Shown: positions 1-10,286 of the stretch, piece by piece
How the letters are laid out: the number at the start of each line of letters is the position of its first letter
Position numbering within the stretch: position 1 is the stretch's first letter
Assembly: GCA_965277805.1 (NCBI GenBank)
Contig: OZ255842.1
Coordinates: forward strand, 4,992,001-5,056,000
Length of the DNA: 64,000 nucleotides
Direction: 5' to 3'
Origin: Candidatus Lustribacter sp.
Lineage (GTDB): Bacteria > Vulcanimicrobiota > Vulcanimicrobiia > Vulcanimicrobiales > Vulcanimicrobiaceae
Notes under the pieces: model-generated
What the model was told of the DNA's origin: nothing
Seen by the model: the letters and a program-made list of their open reading frames with translations, nothing else
Databases searched by the model: none
Made by a program: the position numbers and the translations under genes

Positions 1-309
1 ACCGACGCCCTCTTCCAGCACGAGATCGTTCGCTCCGGAATCGCCGCGCAAAACGAACGCCGTGCCGACGGTCGGGTGACCGGCAAACGGGAGCTCGCTG
101 CGCGGCGTGAAGATGCGCACCTGCGCGGTGTTTTCCGGATCGGCCGGCGGGAAAATGAACGTCGTCTCGGAGAGGTTCAGCTCGGCGGCGATGCGCTGCA
201 TCTGATCGGTTTCGAGCCCGCGCGCGTCGGTGAACACGGCGAGCGGATTGCCTTCGAACGCGATCGTCGTGAAGACGTCAACCTTCACGAACTGGTAGGG
301 CTGCGCCAC
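1..309 (-). CDS. PhzF-family isomerase (partial; runs off the window start)
   Basis: Not in the ORF track. My translation from GTG at 309: [56 protein letters not shown], which carries the PhzF signature motifs. Confidence 0.9.
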   Translation of the reverse strand, partial: MAQPYQFVKVDVFTTIAFEGNPLAVFTDARGLETDQMQRIAAELNLSETTFIFPPADPENTAQVRIFTPRSELPFAGHPTVGTAFVLRGDSGANDLVLEEGVG

Positions 310-310
310 G

Positions 311-550
311 TTACTTCGCTTTCGGGATGTAGGAAGACGACGGCGTCGACCACTCGCACACGCTGCCGTCGTTCATCACGAACGTTTCGCAGCCGTCGAC
401 TTCGGGGTTGAAGTCATCGTTGCGCGCTTTGGTAGCGGACCAGTTGACGTTGCCGTCTTGCCGGGCCGCCGCGCGGGCCTTGCTGTAATTGAATTGCGGT
501 GATTTCGAGCCGGTGTTGAGGGCTTTCGCCAGCGTTTGTGCCTGTGTCAT
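311..550 (-). CDS. Small hypothetical protein (79 aa)
   Basis: ATG-start ORF packed with 1-nt gaps between the MFS gene and the PhzF gene on the same strand; no recognisable motif. Confidence 0.6.
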   Translation of the reverse strand: MTQAQTLAKALNTGSKSPQFNYSKARAAARQDGNVNWSATKARNDDFNPEVDGCETFVMNDGSVCEWSTPSSSYIPKAK

Positions 551-551
551 G

Positions 552-1979
552 TCAGGTGCGTGCCTCCGCGCGCTCGCGCGCTTTTGCGTGCAGTCCGAGA
601 GTGACCAGCGCCGCGACGATCGCGATGCCGGTGAACCACAGATACGCGATATGATAGCCCTCGACCGGCGTCGCTTGCGAGCCGATCACGCCGCCGGCCA
701 GCGAACCGCCGAGAATCTGTCCGAGAATCAGGCAGACCGAGAGCAGTCCCACCGCGGCCGAACGTTCTTTCGAGCCGGCCCGGTTGGTGACGATGTAGCG
801 CGTCGGCGCACCGAGCAGCGCGCCGAAACCGCAGCCGGCCACGACCATCGCGCCGATCGCGATCCACACGTTGCCGAAGCCGTACGCGAAGATCGCGAGC
901 CCGGCTGCGGTCAGCGTCGTGCCGGCCGTCAGCACGACGCGGCTGCCGGCTGCATCGAGCGCGCGACCTGCGCCGGGAATCACGACGACGAACATCACCG
1001 CGCCGACCGCGGCCACGGCGCCCGCGGCGGCGTACGAGAGGTGTTCGGCGGCCACCAGCGCCGCCGGGATGAAGAACAGCGCACCCTCGAGGATGCCGAT
1101 CAGGATTTCCAGCCCGTAGACGAGCGTGAGCTGCCGGTCGGTGAAGAAGCGCGGCGGGATCACCGGTTCCTTCGCCGTCCGTTCGGCGAACACGAACGCG
1201 ATCAGCGCGACGATGCCGCCGGTCAACCAAAGGCGCGCGTTCAGGTTGCCGGCTCCGCCGTTGACGTTGTACTGCGTGAGGCCGAACATCAGCCCGAGCA
1301 ATCCGATCGAGAGCAGCGCGATCCCCGGCACGTCGAGCGGACCGCGCACGTTGGCCACCGTCACCGGCAGCGTGGTGCGGGCCAGATAGATCACGACGAT
1401 CGCGAGCGGCACGTTGGCGACGAAGATCCAGTGCCAAGAGAGGAAGTGCGTGAACAATCCGCCGACCAGCGGGCCGACGATCGCCGCTACGCCCCACGTT
1501 GCGGCCACGAGCCCGAGCGCGGCACCGCGCCGTTCGGGCGGAATGCGGTCGGCGATCGCCGCGGTCGCCACCGGGAAGATGCCGCCCGCGCCAAAGGCTT
1601 GGATCGCGCGCGCGGTCAGGAACATCGGAAAATTCTGCGAGAAGATCGCGAGCAGCGAACCGAGCGCGAAGATCGAGACGCACGCGATGTACACGGGCCG
1701 GCGGCCGTTGCGATCGGCGAGCTTGGTCATGATCGGGATGCTGACGACGTTCGCCAGCAGGTAGAGCGTGAAGATCCACGGCAGGTCGCGCGGGCCCGCG
1801 CCGAACGCGATGCCGAGGGCCGGCAGCGCCGGCGAGAGCACGCCGAGATCGAGCGCGCCGGCAAACACGCCAAGACCCAGCGTCAACAGCAGCGGGATCG
1901 TGCTCGGATCGAGGTTGTGCCCGGCAACGCTCGTCGTTGCGCTGGGCGCGGGTTGTGCGGTGTCCACGGTATCGGTCAC
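552..1979 (-). CDS. MFS transporter, DHA2 (14-TM) drug:H+ antiporter type
   Basis: Highly hydrophobic; motif A-like LADRNGRR, ARAIQAFGAG and motif C-like GPLVGG..SWHWIF. Confidence 0.9.
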   Translation of the reverse strand: MTDTVDTAQPAPSATTSVAGHNLDPSTIPLLLTLGLGVFAGALDLGVLSPALPALGIAFGAGPRDLPWIFTLYLLANVVSIPIMTKLADRNGRRPVYIACVSIFALGSLLAIFSQNFPMFLTARAIQAFGAGGIFPVATAAIADRIPPERRGAALGLVAATWGVAAIVGPLVGGLFTHFLSWHWIFVANVPLAIVVIYLARTTLPVTVANVRGPLDVPGIALLSIGLLGLMFGLTQYNVNGGAGNLNARLWLTGGIVALIAFVFAERTAKEPVIPPRFFTDRQLTLVYGLEILIGILEGALFFIPAALVAAEHLSYAAAGAVAAVGAVMFVVVIPGAGRALDAAGSRVVLTAGTTLTAAGLAIFAYGFGNVWIAIGAMVVAGCGFGALLGAPTRYIVTNRAGSKERSAAVGLLSVCLILGQILGGSLAGGVIGSQATPVEGYHIAYLWFTGIAIVAALVTLGLHAKARERAEART

Positions 1980-1999
1980 GGCGCCACGCTACCGCGCCA

Positions 2000-2920
2000 C
2001 TAAAAAACCACGCGATCGATGACGGCGGCGAGGCACATCAGCGCGAGATAGACCAGCGAGAACTTGAACATCCCGCGCGCGAACGTTTGCGATTCGTTTT
2101 GCAACACGCGGATCGCGTCGAAGAGAAACCAGCCGCCCACGATCAGCGCCGCGGCAAGGAAGATCGGCCCGAACACGTGCAGCGGCACGAGCGCGACGCA
2201 AAACACGAACAGCACGATCGTGTAGACGAGCATCTCGCGCTTGGTGCGCGCGACGCCCTTCACGTTGGGCAGCATCGGGATGCCCGCTTTGTGATAGTCG
2301 GTTTCGGTCATCAGCGCGAGCGCCCAGAAGTGCGGCGGCGTCCAGAGGAAGATCAGCAGCGCGAGGCCGATCGCGGGCGCGCCGATCGTACCGGTCACCG
2401 CGGCCCAGCCGACGAGCGGCGGAATCGAGCCGGCAAATCCGCCGATCACGATGTTCTGCGGCGTCGAGCGTTTGAGCCACATCGTGTACACGAAGACGTA
2501 GTACGCGTTGCCGCCGAGCGAAAGCCACGCCGCCAGCGGGTTGACCAGATAATTCAGCAGCAGAAACGACGTGATTCCGAGGACCATCGCGAAGGCGAGC
2601 GCGCGATTGGGCGAGATCGCGCCGCGCGGTACCGGCCGCGTCATCGTGCGCCGCATCTTGCCGTCGATATCGGAGTCGTAGACGCAGTTGAATGCGCCGG
2701 CCGATGCTGCGGCCAATGCGCCGCCGAGCAGGGTCCAGAACGTCAGCGCGAGCGGCGGAATCCCGCGCGCGGCCATGATCATTGCGGCCAGCGTCGTGAT
2801 CAGCAGCAGCACGATGATGCGCGGCTTGGTCAGTTCGAGATAATCGTCGAATGCGGCGCGCAGGCCGCCGCGGGCAAACGCGCGGGCCGCGCCTTCAACG
2901 CGCGAGAGGGTCGAGCTCAT
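2000..2920 (-). CDS. ctaB: Protoheme IX farnesyltransferase (heme O synthase)
   Basis: YLELTKPRI, N..YDSDIDGKMRRT..RP, YTMWLKR..PQNIVIGG, WTPPHFWAL. Start taken as ATG 2920, overlapping the ctaA stop. Confidence 0.95.
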   Translation of the reverse strand: MSSTLSRVEGAARAFARGGLRAAFDDYLELTKPRIIVLLLITTLAAMIMAARGIPPLALTFWTLLGGALAAASAGAFNCVYDSDIDGKMRRTMTRPVPRGAISPNRALAFAMVLGITSFLLLNYLVNPLAAWLSLGGNAYYVFVYTMWLKRSTPQNIVIGGFAGSIPPLVGWAAVTGTIGAPAIGLALLIFLWTPPHFWALALMTETDYHKAGIPMLPNVKGVARTKREMLVYTIVLFVFCVALVPLHVFGPIFLAAALIVGGWFLFDAIRVLQNESQTFARGMFKFSLVYLALMCLAAVIDRVVF

Positions 2921-3840
2921 CGGGCCCGCGCCGTCGCGCTCGAGGGCACACGGCCGGACGCGGCGCTTTCGCGCACCGTGCCGTCGATCGATGCGAAGAC
3001 GATCGCGCACACGAACACGATGAACGTGGCGGCGGCGTTGGCGGCGTGCGCTTCACGCAAACCGAGCGGCAACTGCCAGACGACGTTTGCCATACCGAGC
3101 ATGACTTGCAGCACGATCAGTGCATAGCCGCCGAGTGCGGCCGCGCGCACGCGCAGCGTGGTGGCCAGCGACGACCAGTACGCCACGATCGTGGCGATGA
3201 TGAAGAAGACGGCGGCCAAGATGCGGTGCGTCATCTGTGCGGTCTCGGCCGCATTCGTGCCGCCAAAGGAACCGCTTTCGCAGCCCGGCAGCGACGAGCA
3301 CGCGAGACCCGCGCCGCTCGAACTCACGTACGCCCCGGCGCACATCGCAACGAACGCGCCGAAGACGGTCAGGGCGAGCAGCGGGTAGAGGCCGCTCTGG
3401 GGACGTGCGACGCCTGGTCGCGGCTGAACGATCGCCACGATGGCGAGTGCGGTCAGCGCGGCGAGCAGCAGCATTCCCGTGCCCCAGTGGAGGACGACCG
3501 ACCACGGGCTGTTGGCGACGGCCACGGTCGCGGCCCCAAAGGCCACCTGCAGGACGAAGATCCCGCCTAGGGCCATCAGGATCGGCGTGACTCCGGCAAT
3601 CGAGCGTCGGGCACGCCAGCCGGTCACGATGGCGCCCACCAGCAGCACCCCGACGAGCAAGGCAAGCATGCGGTGAGACCACTCGAGCACGACCGACCCG
3701 TCGAGGGCCGGGACGACGGCCCCATGGCACAGCGGCCAATCCGGGCAGGTCATCCCCGCACCGTTGATCCGGATCCAACTGCCAAGGACGGCCAACGCGA
3801 AGGCCGCGATCGCGGCGGCCAATGAGAACGCGCGGAACAT
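2917..3840 (-). CDS. ctaA: Heme A synthase, COX15/CtaA family
   Basis: GMTCPDWPLCHG, EWSHR, second-half GLAC..C and HR; about 8 TM segments; directly upstream of ctaB. Confidence 0.9.
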   Translation of the reverse strand: MFRAFSLAAAIAAFALAVLGSWIRINGAGMTCPDWPLCHGAVVPALDGSVVLEWSHRMLALLVGVLLVGAIVTGWRARRSIAGVTPILMALGGIFVLQVAFGAATVAVANSPWSVVLHWGTGMLLLAALTALAIVAIVQPRPGVARPQSGLYPLLALTVFGAFVAMCAGAYVSSSGAGLACSSLPGCESGSFGGTNAAETAQMTHRILAAVFFIIATIVAYWSSLATTLRVRAAALGGYALIVLQVMLGMANVVWQLPLGLREAHAANAAATFIVFVCAIVFASIDGTVRESAASGRVPSSATARAR

Positions 3841-3954
3841 CCCTCCGAGCGTACCTTCCCACGGACCCCGCCACAACGACATTCGTGGTGATTTTTAACC
3901 CCGGCCGGGACGCACCTCGGGGAATCGCCGGGTTATCTCGAAGAGTCGCATTCG

Positions 3955-4389
3955 ATGCGGCGCGTAGTGCTGGTCCTCGTGGCGTTTGTCGCGCTCGTCG
4001 GTTGCCGGGAAGTGCGCGTCAACCGGGTCGGCACCGGTATCACTAAAGTCGCCGGCCCCAACCAAATCGTGGTCGTTCGGGACAAGCGCGAGCTGGAGGC
4101 GCTGGGCATCAGCGGCACGCCGAACTTCCGCCGGGAGTTCGCCGTTGTGTTGTTGATGGGACCGCACCGCGAGACCGGGTACGTGCAAATCACCGAGTCC
4201 ATTCGCGCCAATGCCGACCGCGAGCGCATCGTGGCGTTCGAGAAGGCCCCGATCGACGGCGGCGAGCCGACGGCCCCTTACCGCACCTATACAATGTGGT
4301 ATGTGCCGATCATCGCTTACCGGGCAGGTGTCGGTGTCGACGTGGTCACACCATCGGGCGAGCCCATAACGGCAACGACGCTGCGCTAA
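3955..4389 (+). CDS. Putative lipoprotein with PrcB C-terminal-like domain
   Basis: Signal peptide with lipobox LVGC; FAVVLLMGPHRETGY resembles the PrcB_C pattern. Confidence 0.6.
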   Translation: MRRVVLVLVAFVALVGCREVRVNRVGTGITKVAGPNQIVVVRDKRELEALGISGTPNFRREFAVVLLMGPHRETGYVQITESIRANADRERIVAFEKAPIDGGEPTAPYRTYTMWYVPIIAYRAGVGVDVVTPSGEPITATTLR

Positions 4390-4423
4390 AGAATTTGATG
4401 ACTTCACCGATAGTTGTGCGGTA

Positions 4424-5509
4424 ATGACGAACGCGATGGCGCGATTCGATGCCACCGTGTCTCGTCTGGGCACGGTCCTGGAATCCGACGGTAGTCCGGC
4501 CGAAGCCGAAGGCGTCCTGAACCCGGCGTGCGCCCGCGCACCGGGCGGCGAACTGCTGCTCTATCCGCGCGTCGTCGCAGCGGGCAACGTGTCGCGCGTC
4601 GGTTTGTTCCGCGGCACCGAAGTCGGCGACAGCGTCCGCTTCGAAAATTTGGGTTTCGCGCTCGAACCCAGTGCGCCGTACGAAACGCGTCCGCCCAAGA
4701 GCGGCGGCATGGGCTGCGAGGATCCGCGCGTGACCTACGTGCCGGCGCTCGAACGCTACGTGATGGTGTACACCGGGTTCGGACCCGAGGGTCCGCGCGT
4801 AGCGTTCGCTCTCTCGACCGACGGCTATCACTGGGACCGTTTGGGCCTGGTGGATTTCAAAACGCACGGTCTTGCGTGCGGCGATGATAAAGACGGCGTC
4901 TTCTTTCCCGAACCCGTCCGCTCGCCGGCCGGCGTGCTTTCGTTTGCTTTCTTTCACCGTCCGATGAAAGAGCTCTCGACGCTGGACGGTCATGCCGTGA
5001 TCCCGCAGCTGCTCGAACTTCCACCGATCGAGCGCGAGTCGACGTGCATCGCCTACATTCCGGTCGACGCGGTGCGCGCCGACATGCGCAATCTCCTCGT
5101 GCCGCACGAGAGCGTGATCGTGCTCGCGCCCGACGGCCCGTGGGGCCGGCTGAAAACGGGCGGCGGCACGCCGCCGGTGCGCATCGCCGAGGGCTGGTTT
5201 TCGCTCTATCACGCGGTCGACGCCGTCGAGATCGACGGGCGTTACGCGATGACGTACAGCGCCGGCATCGTGATCCTCGATATCGACAGCCCGCACATCG
5301 TGCTCTATCGCTCGCCCGTTCCCGTGCTCTCGCCCGAACATCCGGATGAAATGCACGGCGTCGTCAACAACGTCGTGTTTCCGACCGGCATCGACGTGCG
5401 GGGCGAACGCAACTTCGACGTCTACTACGGCATGGCCGACGCGCGGATCGGACGCGCAGCGATCGCGTTACCGCCGGCGGCGGTGGCCGGAAAAACGGCC
5501 GCGGCCTAA
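4424..5509 (+). CDS. Glycoside hydrolase family 130-like (mannoside phosphorylase/hydrolase)
   Basis: GVLNPA, GCEDPRV, DKDGVFFPE, GGGTPP, YHAV, NNVVFPTG, YYGMAD motifs. Confidence 0.85.
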   Translation: MTNAMARFDATVSRLGTVLESDGSPAEAEGVLNPACARAPGGELLLYPRVVAAGNVSRVGLFRGTEVGDSVRFENLGFALEPSAPYETRPPKSGGMGCEDPRVTYVPALERYVMVYTGFGPEGPRVAFALSTDGYHWDRLGLVDFKTHGLACGDDKDGVFFPEPVRSPAGVLSFAFFHRPMKELSTLDGHAVIPQLLELPPIERESTCIAYIPVDAVRADMRNLLVPHESVIVLAPDGPWGRLKTGGGTPPVRIAEGWFSLYHAVDAVEIDGRYAMTYSAGIVILDIDSPHIVLYRSPVPVLSPEHPDEMHGVVNNVVFPTGIDVRGERNFDVYYGMADARIGRAAIALPPAAVAGKTAAA

Positions 5510-6543
5510 ACCCGGTCGCGCAGCAGGTCGCCGAGTTCGCCGGCTTCGGCGAGAAATGCGTCGTGCCCGTGATCGCTGTGCATCAAGCGGAATGCGGAAT
5601 CCCAGCCGGCCGCCGCCCAGCGCTCCGACACCGCTCGGATATGATCGGCGAAGAACAGCTGGTCGCCGGTCACGCCGACGAACGTGAGGCGCGTGCGTTC
5701 GGGATTCGCTTCGGCGCCGCGCAGGTCGAACAAATCCATCGCGCGCGTGAGGATGCGATACGTGTTCGCATCCATGCGCGCGGCGAAACGCACGCCCTGG
5801 TACGCGAGATAGCCGTCGACGTCGAAGCGGTCGTCGAGCGTCTGTTTCGGATCGCCGCCGGCGCGATCGGGCCGGTTGGCGAAACGGCGCTCGAACAGTT
5901 CTTCGCTCTTGTAGGTGAGCGTCGCGATCGCGCGCGCCAACTTGAGCCCGGCTGCGGGCTGTTCGTCGTACCAGCCGTCGCGAAACTTCGGATCGAGGCG
6001 GATCGCTTCGCGCGCTAAGCTGTTCTGCGCGATCGCTTGCGCGCGCAGATGATCGTGGGCCGCCACGACGATCGCGTGGCTGACCGAACCGCCGTAGCGC
6101 CGCGCCCACGACAGCGCTTGAAAACCGCCCAGCGAACCGCCGACGACGACCGCCAGGCGTTCGATGCCGAGCGCCCGCAGCGCGCGGCGCTGCACGTCGA
6201 CCATGTCTTCGACCGTGACGATCGGGAAACGCGGACCCCAAATCCGGCCGTCCGGCGCGAGCGACGGCGGACCGGTCGAGCCGTAACATCCGCCGAGCGC
6301 GTTGACCCCGACGACACACCAGCGCGCGGTGTCGAAGAGCGCGCCCGAACCGACGAGCCCGTTCCACCACTCCGCGACGCGCGACGAACCGGTGAGCGCG
6401 TGCGGTGCGAACACCACGTTGGCACCGCCGTCGCGCGGCGTTCCGTAGATCGTGACCCGCGCGGTGACGCCGGGCAGCGTCGTTCCGCCGCTGAGCGGAA
6501 CGTCACCCAGCGCCACATCGTGGTCGACGACCGAGTCGAGCAA
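5506..6543 (-). CDS. metX: Homoserine O-acetyltransferase
   Basis: HALTG, NALGGCYGSTGP, nucleophile GGSLGG, FDVDGYL.YQG, HGHDAFL; directly downstream of metY. Confidence 0.9.
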   Translation of the reverse strand: MLDSVVDHDVALGDVPLSGGTTLPGVTARVTIYGTPRDGGANVVFAPHALTGSSRVAEWWNGLVGSGALFDTARWCVVGVNALGGCYGSTGPPSLAPDGRIWGPRFPIVTVEDMVDVQRRALRALGIERLAVVVGGSLGGFQALSWARRYGGSVSHAIVVAAHDHLRAQAIAQNSLAREAIRLDPKFRDGWYDEQPAAGLKLARAIATLTYKSEELFERRFANRPDRAGGDPKQTLDDRFDVDGYLAYQGVRFAARMDANTYRILTRAMDLFDLRGAEANPERTRLTFVGVTGDQLFFADHIRAVSERWAAAGWDSAFRLMHSDHGHDAFLAEAGELGDLLRDRV

Positions 6544-7824
6544 CTAAACCGCCTTGAACGCAGTTTCGAGGTCGCCGATGATGTCGTCGATCGACTCGAT
6601 GCCCACCGACAGGCGGATCGTGTCTTCGGTGATGCCGCTGAGAATGCGCTCTTCGGGCGAGAGTTGCTGGTGCGTGGTCGACGCCGGGTGGATGACGAGC
6701 GATTTCGAATCGCCCACGTTCGCGAGCAGCGAGAAGAGCTTCAGTTTGTCGATGAACGCCTTGGCATTCGGAAGTTCGAATGTGACGATCGCGCCCGCGC
6801 CCTTGGGCAGATATTTGCGCGCGGCCTCGTAAGCCGGGTCTTCGCGCAGTCCGGGATAGCGCACCGAAGCGACCTTGTCGTGCTTCTCGAGATACTCGGC
6901 CACGGCGAGGGCATTCGAGCAGTGGCGCTCCATGCGCAAGCCCAGCGTCTCCATTCCTTGAATTAGCAGAAACGCGTTGAACGGCGAGAGCGCGGCGCCG
7001 ACGTCGCGCAGCAGCTGCACGCGCATCTTCAAGATGTACGCCAGCGGGCCGAACGACGCGACGTACTGCGCGCCGTGGTAGGACGGATCGGGCTCGATCA
7101 GTTCGGGAAACCGGCCGTTGCTCCAGTCGAACTTTCCGCCGTCGACGACCAAGCCGCCGATCGACGTACCGTGTCCGCCGATAAATTTCGTCGCCGAGTG
7201 CACGACCACGTCGGCGCCGTATTCAATCGGGCGCAGCAGCATCGGCGTCGGCAGCGTGTTGTCGACGATGAGCGGTACGCCCGCGGCGTGCGCCGCATCG
7301 GCGACGGCCTTGACGTCGAGGACGTCGACTTTGGGATTGCCGAGGGTTTCGGCGAAGAACGCTTTGGTGTTGGGTTTGACCGCAGCTTTCCATTGCGCGA
7401 GGTCGCCCGGTTCGACGAACGTCGTCGTGATGCCGAACTTCGGCAGCGTGTGGAAGAACGCGTTGTAGGTTCCGCCGTAGAGCGAACTCGAGCTGACGAT
7501 GTGATCGCCCGAACGCGCGATGTTGAGCACGGAATACACGACCGCCGCCTGACCGCTGGCGAGAGCCAAGGCCCCGACGCCGCCTTCGAGCGCTGCGATC
7601 CGCTGCTCGAGCACGTCGGTGGTCGGGTTCATGATGCGCGTGTAGATGTTGCCGAATTCTTCGAGCGCGAACAGGCGCGCAGCTTGGCCGGTATCGTCGA
7701 AGACGTAGGACGTGGTCTGATAGATGGGAACGGCGCGCGCCTTCGTCGCGGGATCGACGTTCTGGCCGCCGTGCAGGGCGATCGTGTCGAGTCCGGGCTT
7801 GGGCTGGTCTTGGGTCGTGCTCAT
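6544..7824 (-). CDS. metY: O-acetylhomoserine aminocarboxypropyltransferase (sulfhydrylase)
   Basis: [24 protein letters not shown] lysine [36 protein letters not shown] 7824 preceded by AGGAG. Confidence 0.95.
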   Translation of the reverse strand: MSTTQDQPKPGLDTIALHGGQNVDPATKARAVPIYQTTSYVFDDTGQAARLFALEEFGNIYTRIMNPTTDVLEQRIAALEGGVGALALASGQAAVVYSVLNIARSGDHIVSSSSLYGGTYNAFFHTLPKFGITTTFVEPGDLAQWKAAVKPNTKAFFAETLGNPKVDVLDVKAVADAAHAAGVPLIVDNTLPTPMLLRPIEYGADVVVHSATKFIGGHGTSIGGLVVDGGKFDWSNGRFPELIEPDPSYHGAQYVASFGPLAYILKMRVQLLRDVGAALSPFNAFLLIQGMETLGLRMERHCSNALAVAEYLEKHDKVASVRYPGLREDPAYEAARKYLPKGAGAIVTFELPNAKAFIDKLKLFSLLANVGDSKSLVIHPASTTHQQLSPEERILSGITEDTIRLSVGIESIDDIIGDLETAFKAV

Positions 7825-7902
7825 CGGGCTTCTCCTGGAGGCAAACTGCCGCATTCGTTCGGTACAGGGCCGAGAACCTACGGCGGCGACAAAAAGCGCC
7901 AA

Positions 7903-8364
7903 GTGATCCGATACTATATCATCGCGACGGCGATCGTCGTCATATTCGGAAGCATCGTCTTCGCGCACCGCCTCGCCCCGCCCAACCTGCGGATCTCGGC
8001 CCAGCCCAGCGGCACGCCGACGGTCGAGACCCGCGTCGCCGAAGCACCGTCGACGGCCCCGCCCTTCAGCGGTCAGGGTCCGTGGGTGCTCTCGGCGCTG
8101 CCGGATTGCTTCGACGAACAGTCGCGCGTGAGCGGTCCGGCTGCGGCACTCGAGGCGAAGCTGCCGCCGGCCGGCGACCGCATCGCCGCCGGGACCACGC
8201 TGCGCGTCGCAGGGTGCACGCTGCTCGTGCGTCCGCGTGACATCTGGGTCGACCGCGGTTCGGACCGGCTGCGCGTTCCGCCGGATGCGGCGCTGTACCG
8301 GGTCGGCGGGCGCTTGGTTCTTACCGTGCGCACCGGCGCGCAGCTCGAGATCCGGAGCTACTGA
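7903..8364 (+). CDS. Hypothetical membrane-anchored protein
   Basis: GTG start, N-terminal hydrophobic helix ([19 protein letters not shown]); fills the gap between metY and the aldo-keto reductase. Confidence 0.6.
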   Translation: MIRYYIIATAIVVIFGSIVFAHRLAPPNLRISAQPSGTPTVETRVAEAPSTAPPFSGQGPWVLSALPDCFDEQSRVSGPAAALEAKLPPAGDRIAAGTTLRVAGCTLLVRPRDIWVDRGSDRLRVPPDAALYRVGGRLVLTVRTGAQLEIRSY

Positions 8365-8403
8365 GCGCAGGGTTCGCCCCACGCGGAGGAAAGTGCGCAC
8401 GCA

Positions 8404-9336
8404 ATGGCTTCAGTGATCTCTGCGGTCCCCACGCGGCGGCTGGGGCGCACCGACGAGAACGTATCGATGGTGGCACTGGGCGGGGGACACCTCGGCACCA
8501 GTGTCCTCAGCGACATCGAGGCCGTGCATCTCATCCACCGCGGCATCGATCAGGGCGTCACGTTCCTCGACAACAGTTGGGACTACGGCGACGGGCGCAG
8601 CGAAGAACGGATGGGCGCAGCGATCGGGCGCGGCGGCTACCGGCGGCGCGTGTTTCTGGCGACGAAGTTCGACGGCCGCGATCGCCAGACGGCGACGAAA
8701 CAGCTCGACGAATCGTTACGGCGCTTGCAGACCGATCACGTCGACCTCTGGCAGCTCCACGAAAACATCCGCCCCGATGATGCCGATCGCGTCTTCGCGC
8801 CCGGCGGTGCGATCGAAGCGATGATCGCGGCGCGCGATGCCGGCAAAGTGCGGTTTCTCGGCTTTACCGGCCACAAGGATCCGGCCTATCACGTGCACAT
8901 GTTCGAGGTCGCGGCGAACAACGGCTTCGTGTTCGATACCGTTCAGATGCCGCTCAACATCATGGATCCGCACTTCCGCAGTTTCCAGCACGGCGTCATT
9001 CAGCTGGCGCAGAAAACCGACACCGGGATCATCGCGATGAAGACGTTCGGCGATCGCGGCGTACTCGAAACGCGCATCGCGACGCCGCTGCAAATGCTGC
9101 ACTACAGCATGAGCTTGCCGGTCGCGAGCGTCGTCAACGGCGTGAACTCGATCTACACGCTCGATGAAGCCGTGACCGCGGCCGTGTCGTTCCGGCCCCT
9201 GTCGGAAGCGCAGGTCGCCGCACTGCTCGCGCGCAGCGCGACGCAATCGGCCGGCGGCGCGCTCGAACGCTACAAGATCAGCGACGATTTCGACGCGACG
9301 GCCCAGCACCCCGAATGGATGGGCGCGCTCGACTAA
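8404..9336 (+). CDS. Aldo/keto reductase
   Basis: [51 protein letters not shown]. Confidence 0.92.
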   Translation: MASVISAVPTRRLGRTDENVSMVALGGGHLGTSVLSDIEAVHLIHRGIDQGVTFLDNSWDYGDGRSEERMGAAIGRGGYRRRVFLATKFDGRDRQTATKQLDESLRRLQTDHVDLWQLHENIRPDDADRVFAPGGAIEAMIAARDAGKVRFLGFTGHKDPAYHVHMFEVAANNGFVFDTVQMPLNIMDPHFRSFQHGVIQLAQKTDTGIIAMKTFGDRGVLETRIATPLQMLHYSMSLPVASVVNGVNSIYTLDEAVTAAVSFRPLSEAQVAALLARSATQSAGGALERYKISDDFDATAQHPEWMGALD

Positions 9337-10286
9337 GCGAGTTCGCTGCCCACGGCCGGCTTGCCGCGCGTGGGCGTGAGCGCAAGCGCGAGGGCGATCG
9401 CCAAGAGGCCGCTCGCGAGGTAGCCGGTCGGCGCGATCGTTTCGTGCAGCAGCACGACGGCGCCGATGCCGCCGAGAATCAGCGCGCCGTAAGAGGTGAT
9501 GAAGCTGACCGTTCCGGCACCGAGGTGGCGCAGACCGTACGCCTGCGCGATCTGGCCGTAGATCGAGAGCCCGATGACGATCTCGCCGAAGAACCACGCA
9601 TAGATCGTGCTGCTCGGCACCAGCGTCTGTGCGATCGACGGGCCGAGCCGGCCGGTTACGATCCCGAAGAGCAGCAGCAATCCCATGCCGATCGTGCCGT
9701 AGGCCCCGCCGACGAAGAGCGCGGAGAAGCGCGTTCCGAGCCGGCGCGTCAGCACGAACATGACGGCGAGCGAGACGACTTGCACGAGTTCGAGCAGATC
9801 GCCGAAGAGCGTCGACCCGGTTGCCGAGCGCGTGAACGTGAGCAGCAGCGCGCCCCCGATCCCGACCACGAGTGCGGCGATGCGCAGCGGGTCGACGCGT
9901 TCGCGCAGCACCAGCGCCGCGAGCACGGCGGTTACCGACGGCGTCAGGCTCATCAGCAAGACGACGTGCGCGCCGCTCGTGTATTGGGCCGCGAGCGCGA
10001 GAAAGCCGCAGGCGCCGGGGCCGAAGGCGATGCCGATCCCGATCAGATAGCGCCAATCCCGGGCACTCGGCGCCGTTTTCGGGCGCGCGAGCAGCGCGAT
10101 GAGCAGAAAGAGCGGTAACGACCAGGCGGCCCGGGCCACGAAGAGCCCCGGCGCATCGAAGTGGGTGTCGCCGGGCCGGTAGAGGATCTTTGAGGCGATT
10201 GCGTTGCCCGCCCAAAAAACCGTCGCCGAGAAGATCGCGAGGTAGGCAAAGGTCGTGCGCAGCGCCGTCGAATTTCGCACGGTCAT
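9333..10286 (-). CDS. DMT/EamA-family transporter
   Basis: About 10 TM segments, FWAGNAIASK, L..LVLRERV, VLLHETI. Start is ATG 10286 or GTG 10280. Confidence 0.85.
   Translation of the reverse strand: MTVRNSTALRTTFAYLAIFSATVFWAGNAIASKILYRPGDTHFDAPGLFVARAAWSLPLFLLIALLARPKTAPSARDWRYLIGIGIAFGPGACGFLALAAQYTSGAHVVLLMSLTPSVTAVLAALVLRERVDPLRIAALVVGIGGALLLTFTRSATGSTLFGDLLELVQVVSLAVMFVLTRRLGTRFSALFVGGAYGTIGMGLLLLFGIVTGRLGPSIAQTLVPSSTIYAWFFGEIVIGLSIYGQIAQAYGLRHLGAGTVSFITSYGALILGGIGAVVLLHETIAPTGYLASGLLAIALALALTPTRGKPAVGSELA

Noticed and set aside
489-2003. Long antisense and alternate-frame ORFs here and throughout (e.g. 10489-11907, 24551-26122, 56457-57812)
   Set aside because: Arg/Ala-rich shadow ORFs expected in high-GC DNA opposite well-supported genes.
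7825-7902. SAM riboswitch upstream of metY-metX
   Set aside because: The intergenic region is only 78 nt and lacks SAM-I, SAM-II or SAM-IV consensus elements that I can recognise.
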